From the NCBI GenBank assembly GCA_043228905.1, contig JBHGNT010000015.1, forward strand, positions 5,146,001 through 5,210,000: a DNA stretch of 64,000 nucleotides, in the 5' to 3' direction. The notes beneath the pieces were generated by a model. The model saw only the letters and a program-made list of their open reading frames with translations. It ran no database searches and was not told the origin of the DNA. Positions within the stretch are counted from its first letter, which is position 1. The number at the start of each line of letters is the position of its first letter. This document shows, piece by piece, positions 47,823 through 61,114 of this stretch. The stretch comes from Azolla caroliniana (taxonomy: Eukaryota > Plantae > Polypodiophyta). The position numbers were made by a program, and so were the translations under genes.

Positions 47823-49963
47823 GTTTTGGCTTAGCGCAACGCTCTCGTTTTATAGCCCCCTTGCTCTGCATCCTCTCTATGTGGGACGTTCTTATCTTGC
47901 GTCTGTGTATTCACCATGACACGCACGCACAACCGTCATCGCGCCACCATCCTCTCACGTCAATCTACCCACTCACTATTGGTGGTTCACTTTAACCTCG
48001 TCCATGTTTAGCCCCTTCACGTTTCCGTTCATATCTATAGATCGCACATCACACGCTCCAACCTCGCCTACCTTCTCCTTCTCGTAATTAATTTAAGTAC
48101 AGCGGCTAGAGAGAAACCATGCGCGTCGTGACGTAGAACCGTGCGTCAATGGCCATGGGTTGCCGAAGCTGTAGAATAACAAAGGAGGGAAACACCGATG
48201 CGATGTCCATGTACAACCAACACGCTCGCACAATCCTTGAGCACTGGCCGAGACGTGAATCCACGCGTGCGTCGCTTGTGCAATCCCCGTCGACAGCCGA
48301 AGAACGTGAGGAGGATGAGGCGCATGTCTCACATCAGTCAATTTTGAGAATCACTTCCCGTCTCCCAAGCGCACAAATTGCGCAGATATGAGGAGGAGAT
48401 ACAACGCTTTCTAAAAGTTCGGAACGTCGGGAGCAAGAACTTCAAGTCGTGCGTTGCAAGCCCGGAGGAAACATAAGACGAAGCACGGAAATAGCAACAA
48501 CGCAACCCTTGAGCTACATCAGGGTTGTTCTTCTGAATCATGTGCTTTATCGTCTTCTACATTATTTCTTCTCCCTTGCGTGTACATGTTGAAGCCATTA
48601 TTTTAACGTATAGATCGTTAGATCATGTTGCCTTGGCCATACTTTATGCGTCGTATAAATCGTATGCGTGTTAAATGTATTGCTTGTGAGGTTTACGCCT
48701 ACATTACGCATTACACTATCTACTCCGTTATTCGAAATCCATATAGTACATGTTTGATAGGAGATGTTGTCTCATGCGTGTATCAGGTCAATGGCTCAAA
48801 CCTCATGTTTCATATACCCCTCCGGTCGCCGAGTGTCCGTAGAGCCCAAAGGCGTTTATTACGCGTCTCGATTGCATCGTCATTGGATTGCGTCTTTGTT
48901 TAAGATCCGTTTATGTATGCATATGGATGGGATCGCGTGTATGCCTATGCGATGTTATACATGTCCTAGACATGTAGTGTGCATGTTCAGAATTTGTTAT
49001 ACGATATCGGTATCATATGCATGATGGTGTGTGTTTCGGGGTTTAGGGTCGCGGTGCCCACCCTCGCATTTCTGTGGGGAAGGTGCGGTGACCATCCTTA
49101 TTTAACGAAATTAGTGCTACTACCCTCGGTCGCCCCGATTGTGCCATATGTAAAAATTGCGCAAAGCATGGCCACGGTCGGTGTATGTTGCCTTGGATCA
49201 TGGTGTCTTGCCCATTCCCCGCCCATTTAAGGGGAATTAGGGTTAGACCCACTTCTCATTGGGTCGCCCTTACGAATCCCGCATCGAGTCTCCCGCGTTC
49301 GTTACTTGATTAGGGGGGCGTCACGAGACCATCATTGTGAAACGCATTGGTCATGAGATAACCATGTGACGGGCCACACTAGCTTCAATGCGGAGAAGAG
49401 GGCGCGTGTCGGCGTGGCCATTCGGTTGCTCATTAGTGTGTGCCATTGTCATGACGAGACTCGAGGTTGGGTAACGTGAAAACGTAGTTACCTAGATGCA
49501 ACGATGCGGAACATATTTCCTTGAGGTTTACGCGCGCCGGTCGTTCAAGTAATTGTAAATTCTCTTTCCCTCGACATGCAGTGGGGCCTAATGATTTACT
49601 ACGTGCAGACGGGTGGATCTCCATTACAATTCTCGCTCGATTCGGGAAGCTCACACGATTTCGTGAACGTTCGTTTGGTTCAGATATGGGGGCTTATAAC
49701 CACCAATAACGAATCGCACCTATAAGGTGCACTTGGCGATGGGAGAGTATGTATATCCCGACTTGGTATAGGGATGGATAATAGGGTGGCTACAACCAAA
49801 CAACAACAAATGTGGTCCCCACGATCGGCCAAGGTGGTTTCGATGCAATGAGAGGACAAAAGTTTGCTTTAAATGTTGAGATGATTATATAACGTATATC
49901 CCACATGGTGAGGCATGTTAGGGTGCAGCCTATAAGAAGCAAATCGGTTCTTCAAGAGAACTC

Positions 49964-50171
49964 ATACCTTTCTCGGCCTTTTGGCTAAGATCAAGTGTAG
50001 TATCTGTTCTTATCAGTTTAATATCTGATACGCGGCCTATCAGGCCGCACGATATTAACCTAATTTCTTTCATGGGGGCAGCTCTCGCTCAAGGCAGCTT
50101 GCTGCATTTGGGAGTTGCGTGCGTCGCCTCAGCCTTGCACTGATGTTGAGGTCACATAGGCGCGCCCTCAT
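49964..50171 (+). ncRNA. U2: U2 snRNA copy 3
   Basis: Same as copy 1. Confidence 0.98.
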
Positions 50172-50981
50172 TCTACAATGATAATAAAAATGAAGGAAGG
50201 TGTTACATAGGCGCGCCCTCATTCTACAATGATAATAAAAATGAAGGGAGATGTTCCATAGGCGCGTCCCGCTTCTAATGATAATCTAAAGGACGATGTC
50301 ACGCGGATGAACGTTCTAGATAAATGCATCTATCTTTTCCCACATTTCTTTAGGTACTAGAACGGAAGGCTTTCAACGCGCGGTGAACGTCCATGAATCG
50401 AGCAGAGAGACGAGCCAAACCGATGCCCGGGCTATAAAGAAGAACTATTGGAATGGGAGAGAAGATAAATGGAGGATGCGGCGGGCGTCCGCCTATGGTC
50501 GTTAGGCGTACGTATGTGGTCTCTCATGGTCCAAGGCAGAGAAGTGAACTAGATTTTACATCGACGCATGTGCAGCTCGTCGCGTGTATCCACTCAGAAT
50601 TCTCTTCACTCTTACCATGGGCACGCCATGTGCCACCTCCGGCCTATGACACGTGTATATCCTATACGTGTATATCCCCGCTCGATGGTTCTTTATACTC
50701 CTCTCGTTTCTCAGGGTAGTGGAAATCGGTGTTGTGTTGGTGTCCGAAACCATATTGTGCTTCCGCCAAATCATTTTGCATAATATGCATGGCCGAGGGA
50801 AGCCACCAAAAAATAAGATGCTTCCGCCAAGCAAAATGCCGAGGGACCCTTAGCGCAACCGACGCTTCCGCCAAACATGGCCAACTTGACGATCAAGCAT
50901 AAGCGCATCATTTGAGACGAATCCGCCATGAGCGACCAATGCTTCCGCCAAACGTGGACGACTTGATATCACTGGATTGAG

Positions 50982-51145
50982 ATGGGGGCCGCGCGAACGC
51001 GAGCCCCTGCTGTCACAAATTATGACGTGCACTCTCCCGCTTGGGGAGATGCTAGGGCAAGCAGTCCCTCCGGTGGTGCAATGGAGGCACCGGCCCTAAG
51101 CCATCGGCCTTCTTGATCACCGATTGACCCCGCCCAGGTAAGTAT
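50982..51145 (-). ncRNA. U1: U1 snRNA copy 4
   Basis: Same as copy 1. Confidence 0.97.
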
Positions 51146-53286
51146 GTTTTGGCTTAGCGCAACGCTCTCGTTTTATAGCCCCCTTGCTCTGCATCCTCTC
51201 TATGTGGGACGTTCTTATCTTGCGTCTGTGTATTCACCATGACACGCACGCACAACCGTCATCGCGCCACCATCCTCTCACGTCAATCTACCCACTCACT
51301 ATTGGTGGTTCACTTTAACCTCGTCCATGTTTAGCCCCTTCACGTTTCCGTTCATATCTATAGATCGCACATCACACGCTCCAACCTCGCCTACCTTCTC
51401 CTTCTCGTAATTAATTTAAGTACAGCGGCTAGAGAGAAACCATGCGCGTCGTGACGTAGAACCGTGCGTCAATGGCCATGGGTTGCCGAAGCTGTAGAAT
51501 AACAAAGGAGGGAAACACCGATGCGATGTCCATGTACAACCAACACGCTCGCACAATCCTTGAGCACTGGCCGAGACGTGAATCCACGCGTGCGTCGCTT
51601 GTGCAATCCCCGTCGACAGCCGAAGAACGTGAGGAGGATGAGGCGCATGTCTCACATCAGTCAATTTTGAGAATCACTTCCCGTCTCCCAAGCGCACAAA
51701 TTGCGCAGATATGAGGAGGAGATACAACGCTTTCTAAAAGTTCGGAACGTCGGGAGCAAGAACTTCAAGTCGTGCGTTGCAAGCCCGGAGGAAACATAAG
51801 ACGAAGCACGGAAATAGCAACAACGCAACCCTTGAGCTACATCAGGGTTGTTCTTCTGAATCATGTGCTTTATCGTCTTCTACATTATTTCTTCTCCCTT
51901 GCGTGTACATGTTGAAGCCATTATTTTAACGTATAGATCGTTAGATCATGTTGCCTTGGCCATACTTTATGCGTCGTATAAATCGTATGCGTGTTAAATG
52001 TATTGCTTGTGAGGTTTACGCCTACATTACGCATTACACTATCTACTCCGTTATTCGAAATCCATATAGTACATGTTTGATAGGAGATGTTGTCTCATGC
52101 GTGTATCAGGTCAATGGCTCAAACCTCATGTTTCATATACCCCTCCGGTCGCCGAGTGTCCGTAGAGCCCAAAGGCGTTTATTACGCGTCTCGATTGCAT
52201 CGTCATTGGATTGCGTCTTTGTTTAAGATCCGTTTATGTATGCATATGGATGGGATCGCGTGTATGCCTATGCGATGTTATACATGTCCTAGACATGTAG
52301 TGTGCATGTTCAGAATTTGTTATACGATATCGGTATCATATGCATGATGGTGTGTGTTTCGGGGTTTAGGGTCGCGGTGCCCACCCTCGCATTTCTGTGG
52401 GGAAGGTGCGGTGACCATCCTTATTTAACGAAATTAGTGCTACTACCCTCGGTCGCCCCGATTGTGCCATATGTAAAAATTGCGCAAAGCATGGCCACGG
52501 TCGGTGTATGTTGCCTTGGATCATGGTGTCTTGCCCATTCCCCGCCCATTTAAGGGGAATTAGGGTTAGACCCACTTCTCATTGGGTCGCCCTTACGAAT
52601 CCCGCATCGAGTCTCCCGCGTTCGTTACTTGATTAGGGGGGCGTCACGAGACCATCATTGTGAAACGCATTGGTCATGAGATAACCATGTGACGGGCCAC
52701 ACTAGCTTCAATGCGGAGAAGAGGGCGCGTGTCGGCGTGGCCATTCGGTTGCTCATTAGTGTGTGCCATTGTCATGACGAGACTCGAGGTTGGGTAACGT
52801 GAAAACGTAGTTACCTAGATGCAACGATGCGGAACATATTTCCTTGAGGTTTACGCGCGCCGGTCGTTCAAGTAATTGTAAATTCTCTTTCCCTCGACAT
52901 GCAGTGGGGCCTAATGATTTACTACGTGCAGACGGGTGGATCTCCATTACAATTCTCGCTCGATTCGGGAAGCTCACACGATTTCGTGAACGTTCGTTTG
53001 GTTCAGATATGGGGGCTTATAACCACCAATAACGAATCGCACCTATAAGGTGCACTTGGCGATGGGAGAGTATGTATATCCCGACTTGGTATAGGGATGG
53101 ATAATAGGGTGGCTACAACCAAACAACAACAAATGTGGTCCCCACGATCGGCCAAGGTGGTTTCGATGCAATGAGAGGACAAAAGTTTGCTTTAAATGTT
53201 GAGATGATTATATAACGTATATCCCACATGGTGAGGCATGTTAGGGTGCAGCCTATAAGAAGCAAATCGGTTCTTCAAGAGAACTC

Positions 53287-53494
53287 ATACCTTTCTCGGC
53301 CTTTTGGCTAAGATCAAGTGTAGTATCTGTTCTTATCAGTTTAATATCTGATACGCGGCCTATCAGGCCGCACGATATTAACCTAATTTCTTTCATGGGG
53401 GCAGCTCTCGCTCAAGGCAGCTTGCTGCATTTGGGAGTTGCGTGCGTCGCCTCAGCCTTGCACTGATGTTGAGGTCACATAGGCGCGCCCTCAT
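53287..53494 (+). ncRNA. U2: U2 snRNA copy 4
   Basis: Same as copy 1. Confidence 0.98.
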
Positions 53495-54304
53495 TCTACA
53501 ATGATAATAAAAATGAAGGAAGGTGTTACATAGGCGCGCCCTCATTCTACAATGATAATAAAAATGAAGGGAGATGTTCCATAGGCGCGTCCCGCTTCTA
53601 ATGATAATCTAAAGGACGATGTCACGCGGATGAACGTTCTAGATAAATGCATCTATCTTTTCCCACATTTCTTTAGGTACTAGAACGGAAGGCTTTCAAC
53701 GCGCGGTGAACGTCCATGAATCGAGCAGAGAGACGAGCCAAACCGATGCCCGGGCTATAAAGAAGAACTATTGGAATGGGAGAGAAGATAAATGGAGGAT
53801 GCGGCGGGCGTCCGCCTATGGTCGTTAGGCGTACGTATGTGGTCTCTCATGGTCCAAGGCAGAGAAGTGAACTAGATTTTACATCGACGCATGTGCAGCT
53901 CGTCGCGTGTATCCACTCAGAATTCTCTTCACTCTTACCATGGGCACGCCATGTGCCACCTCCGGCCTATGACACGTGTATATCCTATACGTGTATATCC
54001 CCGCTCGATGGTTCTTTATACTCCTCTCGTTTCTCAGGGTAGTGGAAATCGGTGTTGTGTTGGTGTCCGAAACCATATTGTGCTTCCGCCAAATCATTTT
54101 GCATAATATGCATGGCCGAGGGAAGCCACCAAAAAATAAGATGCTTCCGCCAAGCAAAATGCCGAGGGACCCTTAGCGCAACCGACGCTTCCGCCAAACA
54201 TGGCCAACTTGACGATCAAGCATAAGCGCATCATTTGAGACGAATCCGCCATGAGCGACCAATGCTTCCGCCAAACGTGGACGACTTGATATCACTGGAT
54301 TGAG

Positions 54305-54468
54305 ATGGGGGCCGCGCGAACGCGAGCCCCTGCTGTCACAAATTATGACGTGCACTCTCCCGCTTGGGGAGATGCTAGGGCAAGCAGTCCCTCCGGTGGT
54401 GCAATGGAGGCACCGGCCCTAAGCCATCGGCCTTCTTGATCACCGATTGACCCCGCCCAGGTAAGTAT
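54305..54468 (-). ncRNA. U1: U1 snRNA copy 5
   Basis: Same as copy 1. Confidence 0.97.
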
Positions 54469-56609
54469 GTTTTGGCTTAGCGCAACGCTCTCGTTTTATA
54501 GCCCCCTTGCTCTGCATCCTCTCTATGTGGGACGTTCTTATCTTGCGTCTGTGTATTCACCATGACACGCACGCACAACCGTCATCGCGCCACCATCCTC
54601 TCACGTCAATCTACCCACTCACTATTGGTGGTTCACTTTAACCTCGTCCATGTTTAGCCCCTTCACGTTTCCGTTCATATCTATAGATCGCACATCACAC
54701 GCTCCAACCTCGCCTACCTTCTCCTTCTCGTAATTAATTTAAGTACAGCGGCTAGAGAGAAACCATGCGCGTCGTGACGTAGAACCGTGCGTCAATGGCC
54801 ATGGGTTGCCGAAGCTGTAGAATAACAAAGGAGGGAAACACCGATGCGATGTCCATGTACAACCAACACGCTCGCACAATCCTTGAGCACTGGCCGAGAC
54901 GTGAATCCACGCGTGCGTCGCTTGTGCAATCCCCGTCGACAGCCGAAGAACGTGAGGAGGATGAGGCGCATGTCTCACATCAGTCAATTTTGAGAATCAC
55001 TTCCCGTCTCCCAAGCGCACAAATTGCGCAGATATGAGGAGGAGATACAACGCTTTCTAAAAGTTCGGAACGTCGGGAGCAAGAACTTCAAGTCGTGCGT
55101 TGCAAGCCCGGAGGAAACATAAGACGAAGCACGGAAATAGCAACAACGCAACCCTTGAGCTACATCAGGGTTGTTCTTCTGAATCATGTGCTTTATCGTC
55201 TTCTACATTATTTCTTCTCCCTTGCGTGTACATGTTGAAGCCATTATTTTAACGTATAGATCGTTAGATCATGTTGCCTTGGCCATACTTTATGCGTCGT
55301 ATAAATCGTATGCGTGTTAAATGTATTGCTTGTGAGGTTTACGCCTACATTACGCATTACACTATCTACTCCGTTATTCGAAATCCATATAGTACATGTT
55401 TGATAGGAGATGTTGTCTCATGCGTGTATCAGGTCAATGGCTCAAACCTCATGTTTCATATACCCCTCCGGTCGCCGAGTGTCCGTAGAGCCCAAAGGCG
55501 TTTATTACGCGTCTCGATTGCATCGTCATTGGATTGCGTCTTTGTTTAAGATCCGTTTATGTATGCATATGGATGGGATCGCGTGTATGCCTATGCGATG
55601 TTATACATGTCCTAGACATGTAGTGTGCATGTTCAGAATTTGTTATACGATATCGGTATCATATGCATGATGGTGTGTGTTTCGGGGTTTAGGGTCGCGG
55701 TGCCCACCCTCGCATTTCTGTGGGGAAGGTGCGGTGACCATCCTTATTTAACGAAATTAGTGCTACTACCCTCGGTCGCCCCGATTGTGCCATATGTAAA
55801 AATTGCGCAAAGCATGGCCACGGTCGGTGTATGTTGCCTTGGATCATGGTGTCTTGCCCATTCCCCGCCCATTTAAGGGGAATTAGGGTTAGACCCACTT
55901 CTCATTGGGTCGCCCTTACGAATCCCGCATCGAGTCTCCCGCGTTCGTTACTTGATTAGGGGGGCGTCACGAGACCATCATTGTGAAACGCATTGGTCAT
56001 GAGATAACCATGTGACGGGCCACACTAGCTTCAATGCGGAGAAGAGGGCGCGTGTCGGCGTGGCCATTCGGTTGCTCATTAGTGTGTGCCATTGTCATGA
56101 CGAGACTCGAGGTTGGGTAACGTGAAAACGTAGTTACCTAGATGCAACGATGCGGAACATATTTCCTTGAGGTTTACGCGCGCCGGTCGTTCAAGTAATT
56201 GTAAATTCTCTTTCCCTCGACATGCAGTGGGGCCTAATGATTTACTACGTGCAGACGGGTGGATCTCCATTACAATTCTCGCTCGATTCGGGAAGCTCAC
56301 ACGATTTCGTGAACGTTCGTTTGGTTCAGATATGGGGGCTTATAACCACCAATAACGAATCGCACCTATAAGGTGCACTTGGCGATGGGAGAGTATGTAT
56401 ATCCCGACTTGGTATAGGGATGGATAATAGGGTGGCTACAACCAAACAACAACAAATGTGGTCCCCACGATCGGCCAAGGTGGTTTCGATGCAATGAGAG
56501 GACAAAAGTTTGCTTTAAATGTTGAGATGATTATATAACGTATATCCCACATGGTGAGGCATGTTAGGGTGCAGCCTATAAGAAGCAAATCGGTTCTTCA
56601 AGAGAACTC

Positions 56610-56817
56610 ATACCTTTCTCGGCCTTTTGGCTAAGATCAAGTGTAGTATCTGTTCTTATCAGTTTAATATCTGATACGCGGCCTATCAGGCCGCACGATA
56701 TTAACCTAATTTCTTTCATGGGGGCAGCTCTCGCTCAAGGCAGCTTGCTGCATTTGGGAGTTGCGTGCGTCGCCTCAGCCTTGCACTGATGTTGAGGTCA
56801 CATAGGCGCGCCCTCAT
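56610..56817 (+). ncRNA. U2: U2 snRNA copy 5
   Basis: Same as copy 1. Confidence 0.98.
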
Positions 56818-57627
56818 TCTACAATGATAATAAAAATGAAGGAAGGTGTTACATAGGCGCGCCCTCATTCTACAATGATAATAAAAATGAAGGGAGATGT
56901 TCCATAGGCGCGTCCCGCTTCTAATGATAATCTAAAGGACGATGTCACGCGGATGAACGTTCTAGATAAATGCATCTATCTTTTCCCACATTTCTTTAGG
57001 TACTAGAACGGAAGGCTTTCAACGCGCGGTGAACGTCCATGAATCGAGCAGAGAGACGAGCCAAACCGATGCCCGGGCTATAAAGAAGAACTATTGGAAT
57101 GGGAGAGAAGATAAATGGAGGATGCGGCGGGCGTCCGCCTATGGTCGTTAGGCGTACGTATGTGGTCTCTCATGGTCCAAGGCAGAGAAGTGAACTAGAT
57201 TTTACATCGACGCATGTGCAGCTCGTCGCGTGTATCCACTCAGAATTCTCTTCACTCTTACCATGGGCACGCCATGTGCCACCTCCGGCCTATGACACGT
57301 GTATATCCTATACGTGTATATCCCCGCTCGATGGTTCTTTATACTCCTCTCGTTTCTCAGGGTAGTGGAAATCGGTGTTGTGTTGGTGTCCGAAACCATA
57401 TTGTGCTTCCGCCAAATCATTTTGCATAATATGCATGGCCGAGGGAAGCCACCAAAAAATAAGATGCTTCCGCCAAGCAAAATGCCGAGGGACCCTTAGC
57501 GCAACCGACGCTTCCGCCAAACATGGCCAACTTGACGATCAAGCATAAGCGCATCATTTGAGACGAATCCGCCATGAGCGACCAATGCTTCCGCCAAACG
57601 TGGACGACTTGATATCACTGGATTGAG

Positions 57628-57791
57628 ATGGGGGCCGCGCGAACGCGAGCCCCTGCTGTCACAAATTATGACGTGCACTCTCCCGCTTGGGGAGATGCTA
57701 GGGCAAGCAGTCCCTCCGGTGGTGCAATGGAGGCACCGGCCCTAAGCCATCGGCCTTCTTGATCACCGATTGACCCCGCCCAGGTAAGTAT
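57628..57791 (-). ncRNA. U1: U1 snRNA copy 6
   Basis: Same as copy 1. Confidence 0.97.
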
Positions 57792-59932
57792 GTTTTGGCT
57801 TAGCGCAACGCTCTCGTTTTATAGCCCCCTTGCTCTGCATCCTCTCTATGTGGGACGTTCTTATCTTGCGTCTGTGTATTCACCATGACACGCACGCACA
57901 ACCGTCATCGCGCCACCATCCTCTCACGTCAATCTACCCACTCACTATTGGTGGTTCACTTTAACCTCGTCCATGTTTAGCCCCTTCACGTTTCCGTTCA
58001 TATCTATAGATCGCACATCACACGCTCCAACCTCGCCTACCTTCTCCTTCTCGTAATTAATTTAAGTACAGCGGCTAGAGAGAAACCATGCGCGTCGTGA
58101 CGTAGAACCGTGCGTCAATGGCCATGGGTTGCCGAAGCTGTAGAATAACAAAGGAGGGAAACACCGATGCGATGTCCATGTACAACCAACACGCTCGCAC
58201 AATCCTTGAGCACTGGCCGAGACGTGAATCCACGCGTGCGTCGCTTGTGCAATCCCCGTCGACAGCCGAAGAACGTGAGGAGGATGAGGCGCATGTCTCA
58301 CATCAGTCAATTTTGAGAATCACTTCCCGTCTCCCAAGCGCACAAATTGCGCAGATATGAGGAGGAGATACAACGCTTTCTAAAAGTTCGGAACGTCGGG
58401 AGCAAGAACTTCAAGTCGTGCGTTGCAAGCCCGGAGGAAACATAAGACGAAGCACGGAAATAGCAACAACGCAACCCTTGAGCTACATCAGGGTTGTTCT
58501 TCTGAATCATGTGCTTTATCGTCTTCTACATTATTTCTTCTCCCTTGCGTGTACATGTTGAAGCCATTATTTTAACGTATAGATCGTTAGATCATGTTGC
58601 CTTGGCCATACTTTATGCGTCGTATAAATCGTATGCGTGTTAAATGTATTGCTTGTGAGGTTTACGCCTACATTACGCATTACACTATCTACTCCGTTAT
58701 TCGAAATCCATATAGTACATGTTTGATAGGAGATGTTGTCTCATGCGTGTATCAGGTCAATGGCTCAAACCTCATGTTTCATATACCCCTCCGGTCGCCG
58801 AGTGTCCGTAGAGCCCAAAGGCGTTTATTACGCGTCTCGATTGCATCGTCATTGGATTGCGTCTTTGTTTAAGATCCGTTTATGTATGCATATGGATGGG
58901 ATCGCGTGTATGCCTATGCGATGTTATACATGTCCTAGACATGTAGTGTGCATGTTCAGAATTTGTTATACGATATCGGTATCATATGCATGATGGTGTG
59001 TGTTTCGGGGTTTAGGGTCGCGGTGCCCACCCTCGCATTTCTGTGGGGAAGGTGCGGTGACCATCCTTATTTAACGAAATTAGTGCTACTACCCTCGGTC
59101 GCCCCGATTGTGCCATATGTAAAAATTGCGCAAAGCATGGCCACGGTCGGTGTATGTTGCCTTGGATCATGGTGTCTTGCCCATTCCCCGCCCATTTAAG
59201 GGGAATTAGGGTTAGACCCACTTCTCATTGGGTCGCCCTTACGAATCCCGCATCGAGTCTCCCGCGTTCGTTACTTGATTAGGGGGGCGTCACGAGACCA
59301 TCATTGTGAAACGCATTGGTCATGAGATAACCATGTGACGGGCCACACTAGCTTCAATGCGGAGAAGAGGGCGCGTGTCGGCGTGGCCATTCGGTTGCTC
59401 ATTAGTGTGTGCCATTGTCATGACGAGACTCGAGGTTGGGTAACGTGAAAACGTAGTTACCTAGATGCAACGATGCGGAACATATTTCCTTGAGGTTTAC
59501 GCGCGCCGGTCGTTCAAGTAATTGTAAATTCTCTTTCCCTCGACATGCAGTGGGGCCTAATGATTTACTACGTGCAGACGGGTGGATCTCCATTACAATT
59601 CTCGCTCGATTCGGGAAGCTCACACGATTTCGTGAACGTTCGTTTGGTTCAGATATGGGGGCTTATAACCACCAATAACGAATCGCACCTATAAGGTGCA
59701 CTTGGCGATGGGAGAGTATGTATATCCCGACTTGGTATAGGGATGGATAATAGGGTGGCTACAACCAAACAACAACAAATGTGGTCCCCACGATCGGCCA
59801 AGGTGGTTTCGATGCAATGAGAGGACAAAAGTTTGCTTTAAATGTTGAGATGATTATATAACGTATATCCCACATGGTGAGGCATGTTAGGGTGCAGCCT
59901 ATAAGAAGCAAATCGGTTCTTCAAGAGAACTC

Positions 59933-60140
59933 ATACCTTTCTCGGCCTTTTGGCTAAGATCAAGTGTAGTATCTGTTCTTATCAGTTTAATATCTGATAC
60001 GCGGCCTATCAGGCCGCACGATATTAACCTAATTTCTTTCATGGGGGCAGCTCTCGCTCAAGGCAGCTTGCTGCATTTGGGAGTTGCGTGCGTCGCCTCA
60101 GCCTTGCACTGATGTTGAGGTCACATAGGCGCGCCCTCAT
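59933..60140 (+). ncRNA. U2: U2 snRNA copy 6
   Basis: Same as copy 1. Confidence 0.98.
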
Positions 60141-60950
60141 TCTACAATGATAATAAAAATGAAGGAAGGTGTTACATAGGCGCGCCCTCATTCTACAATG
60201 ATAATAAAAATGAAGGGAGATGTTCCATAGGCGCGTCCCGCTTCTAATGATAATCTAAAGGACGATGTCACGCGGATGAACGTTCTAGATAAATGCATCT
60301 ATCTTTTCCCACATTTCTTTAGGTACTAGAACGGAAGGCTTTCAACGCGCGGTGAACGTCCATGAATCGAGCAGAGAGACGAGCCAAACCGATGCCCGGG
60401 CTATAAAGAAGAACTATTGGAATGGGAGAGAAGATAAATGGAGGATGCGGCGGGCGTCCGCCTATGGTCGTTAGGCGTACGTATGTGGTCTCTCATGGTC
60501 CAAGGCAGAGAAGTGAACTAGATTTTACATCGACGCATGTGCAGCTCGTCGCGTGTATCCACTCAGAATTCTCTTCACTCTTACCATGGGCACGCCATGT
60601 GCCACCTCCGGCCTATGACACGTGTATATCCTATACGTGTATATCCCCGCTCGATGGTTCTTTATACTCCTCTCGTTTCTCAGGGTAGTGGAAATCGGTG
60701 TTGTGTTGGTGTCCGAAACCATATTGTGCTTCCGCCAAATCATTTTGCATAATATGCATGGCCGAGGGAAGCCACCAAAAAATAAGATGCTTCCGCCAAG
60801 CAAAATGCCGAGGGACCCTTAGCGCAACCGACGCTTCCGCCAAACATGGCCAACTTGACGATCAAGCATAAGCGCATCATTTGAGACGAATCCGCCATGA
60901 GCGACCAATGCTTCCGCCAAACGTGGACGACTTGATATCACTGGATTGAG

Positions 60951-61114
60951 ATGGGGGCCGCGCGAACGCGAGCCCCTGCTGTCACAAATTATGACGTGCA
61001 CTCTCCCGCTTGGGGAGATGCTAGGGCAAGCAGTCCCTCCGGTGGTGCAATGGAGGCACCGGCCCTAAGCCATCGGCCTTCTTGATCACCGATTGACCCC
61101 GCCCAGGTAAGTAT
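60951..61114 (-). ncRNA. U1: U1 snRNA copy 7
   Basis: Same as copy 1. Confidence 0.97.
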
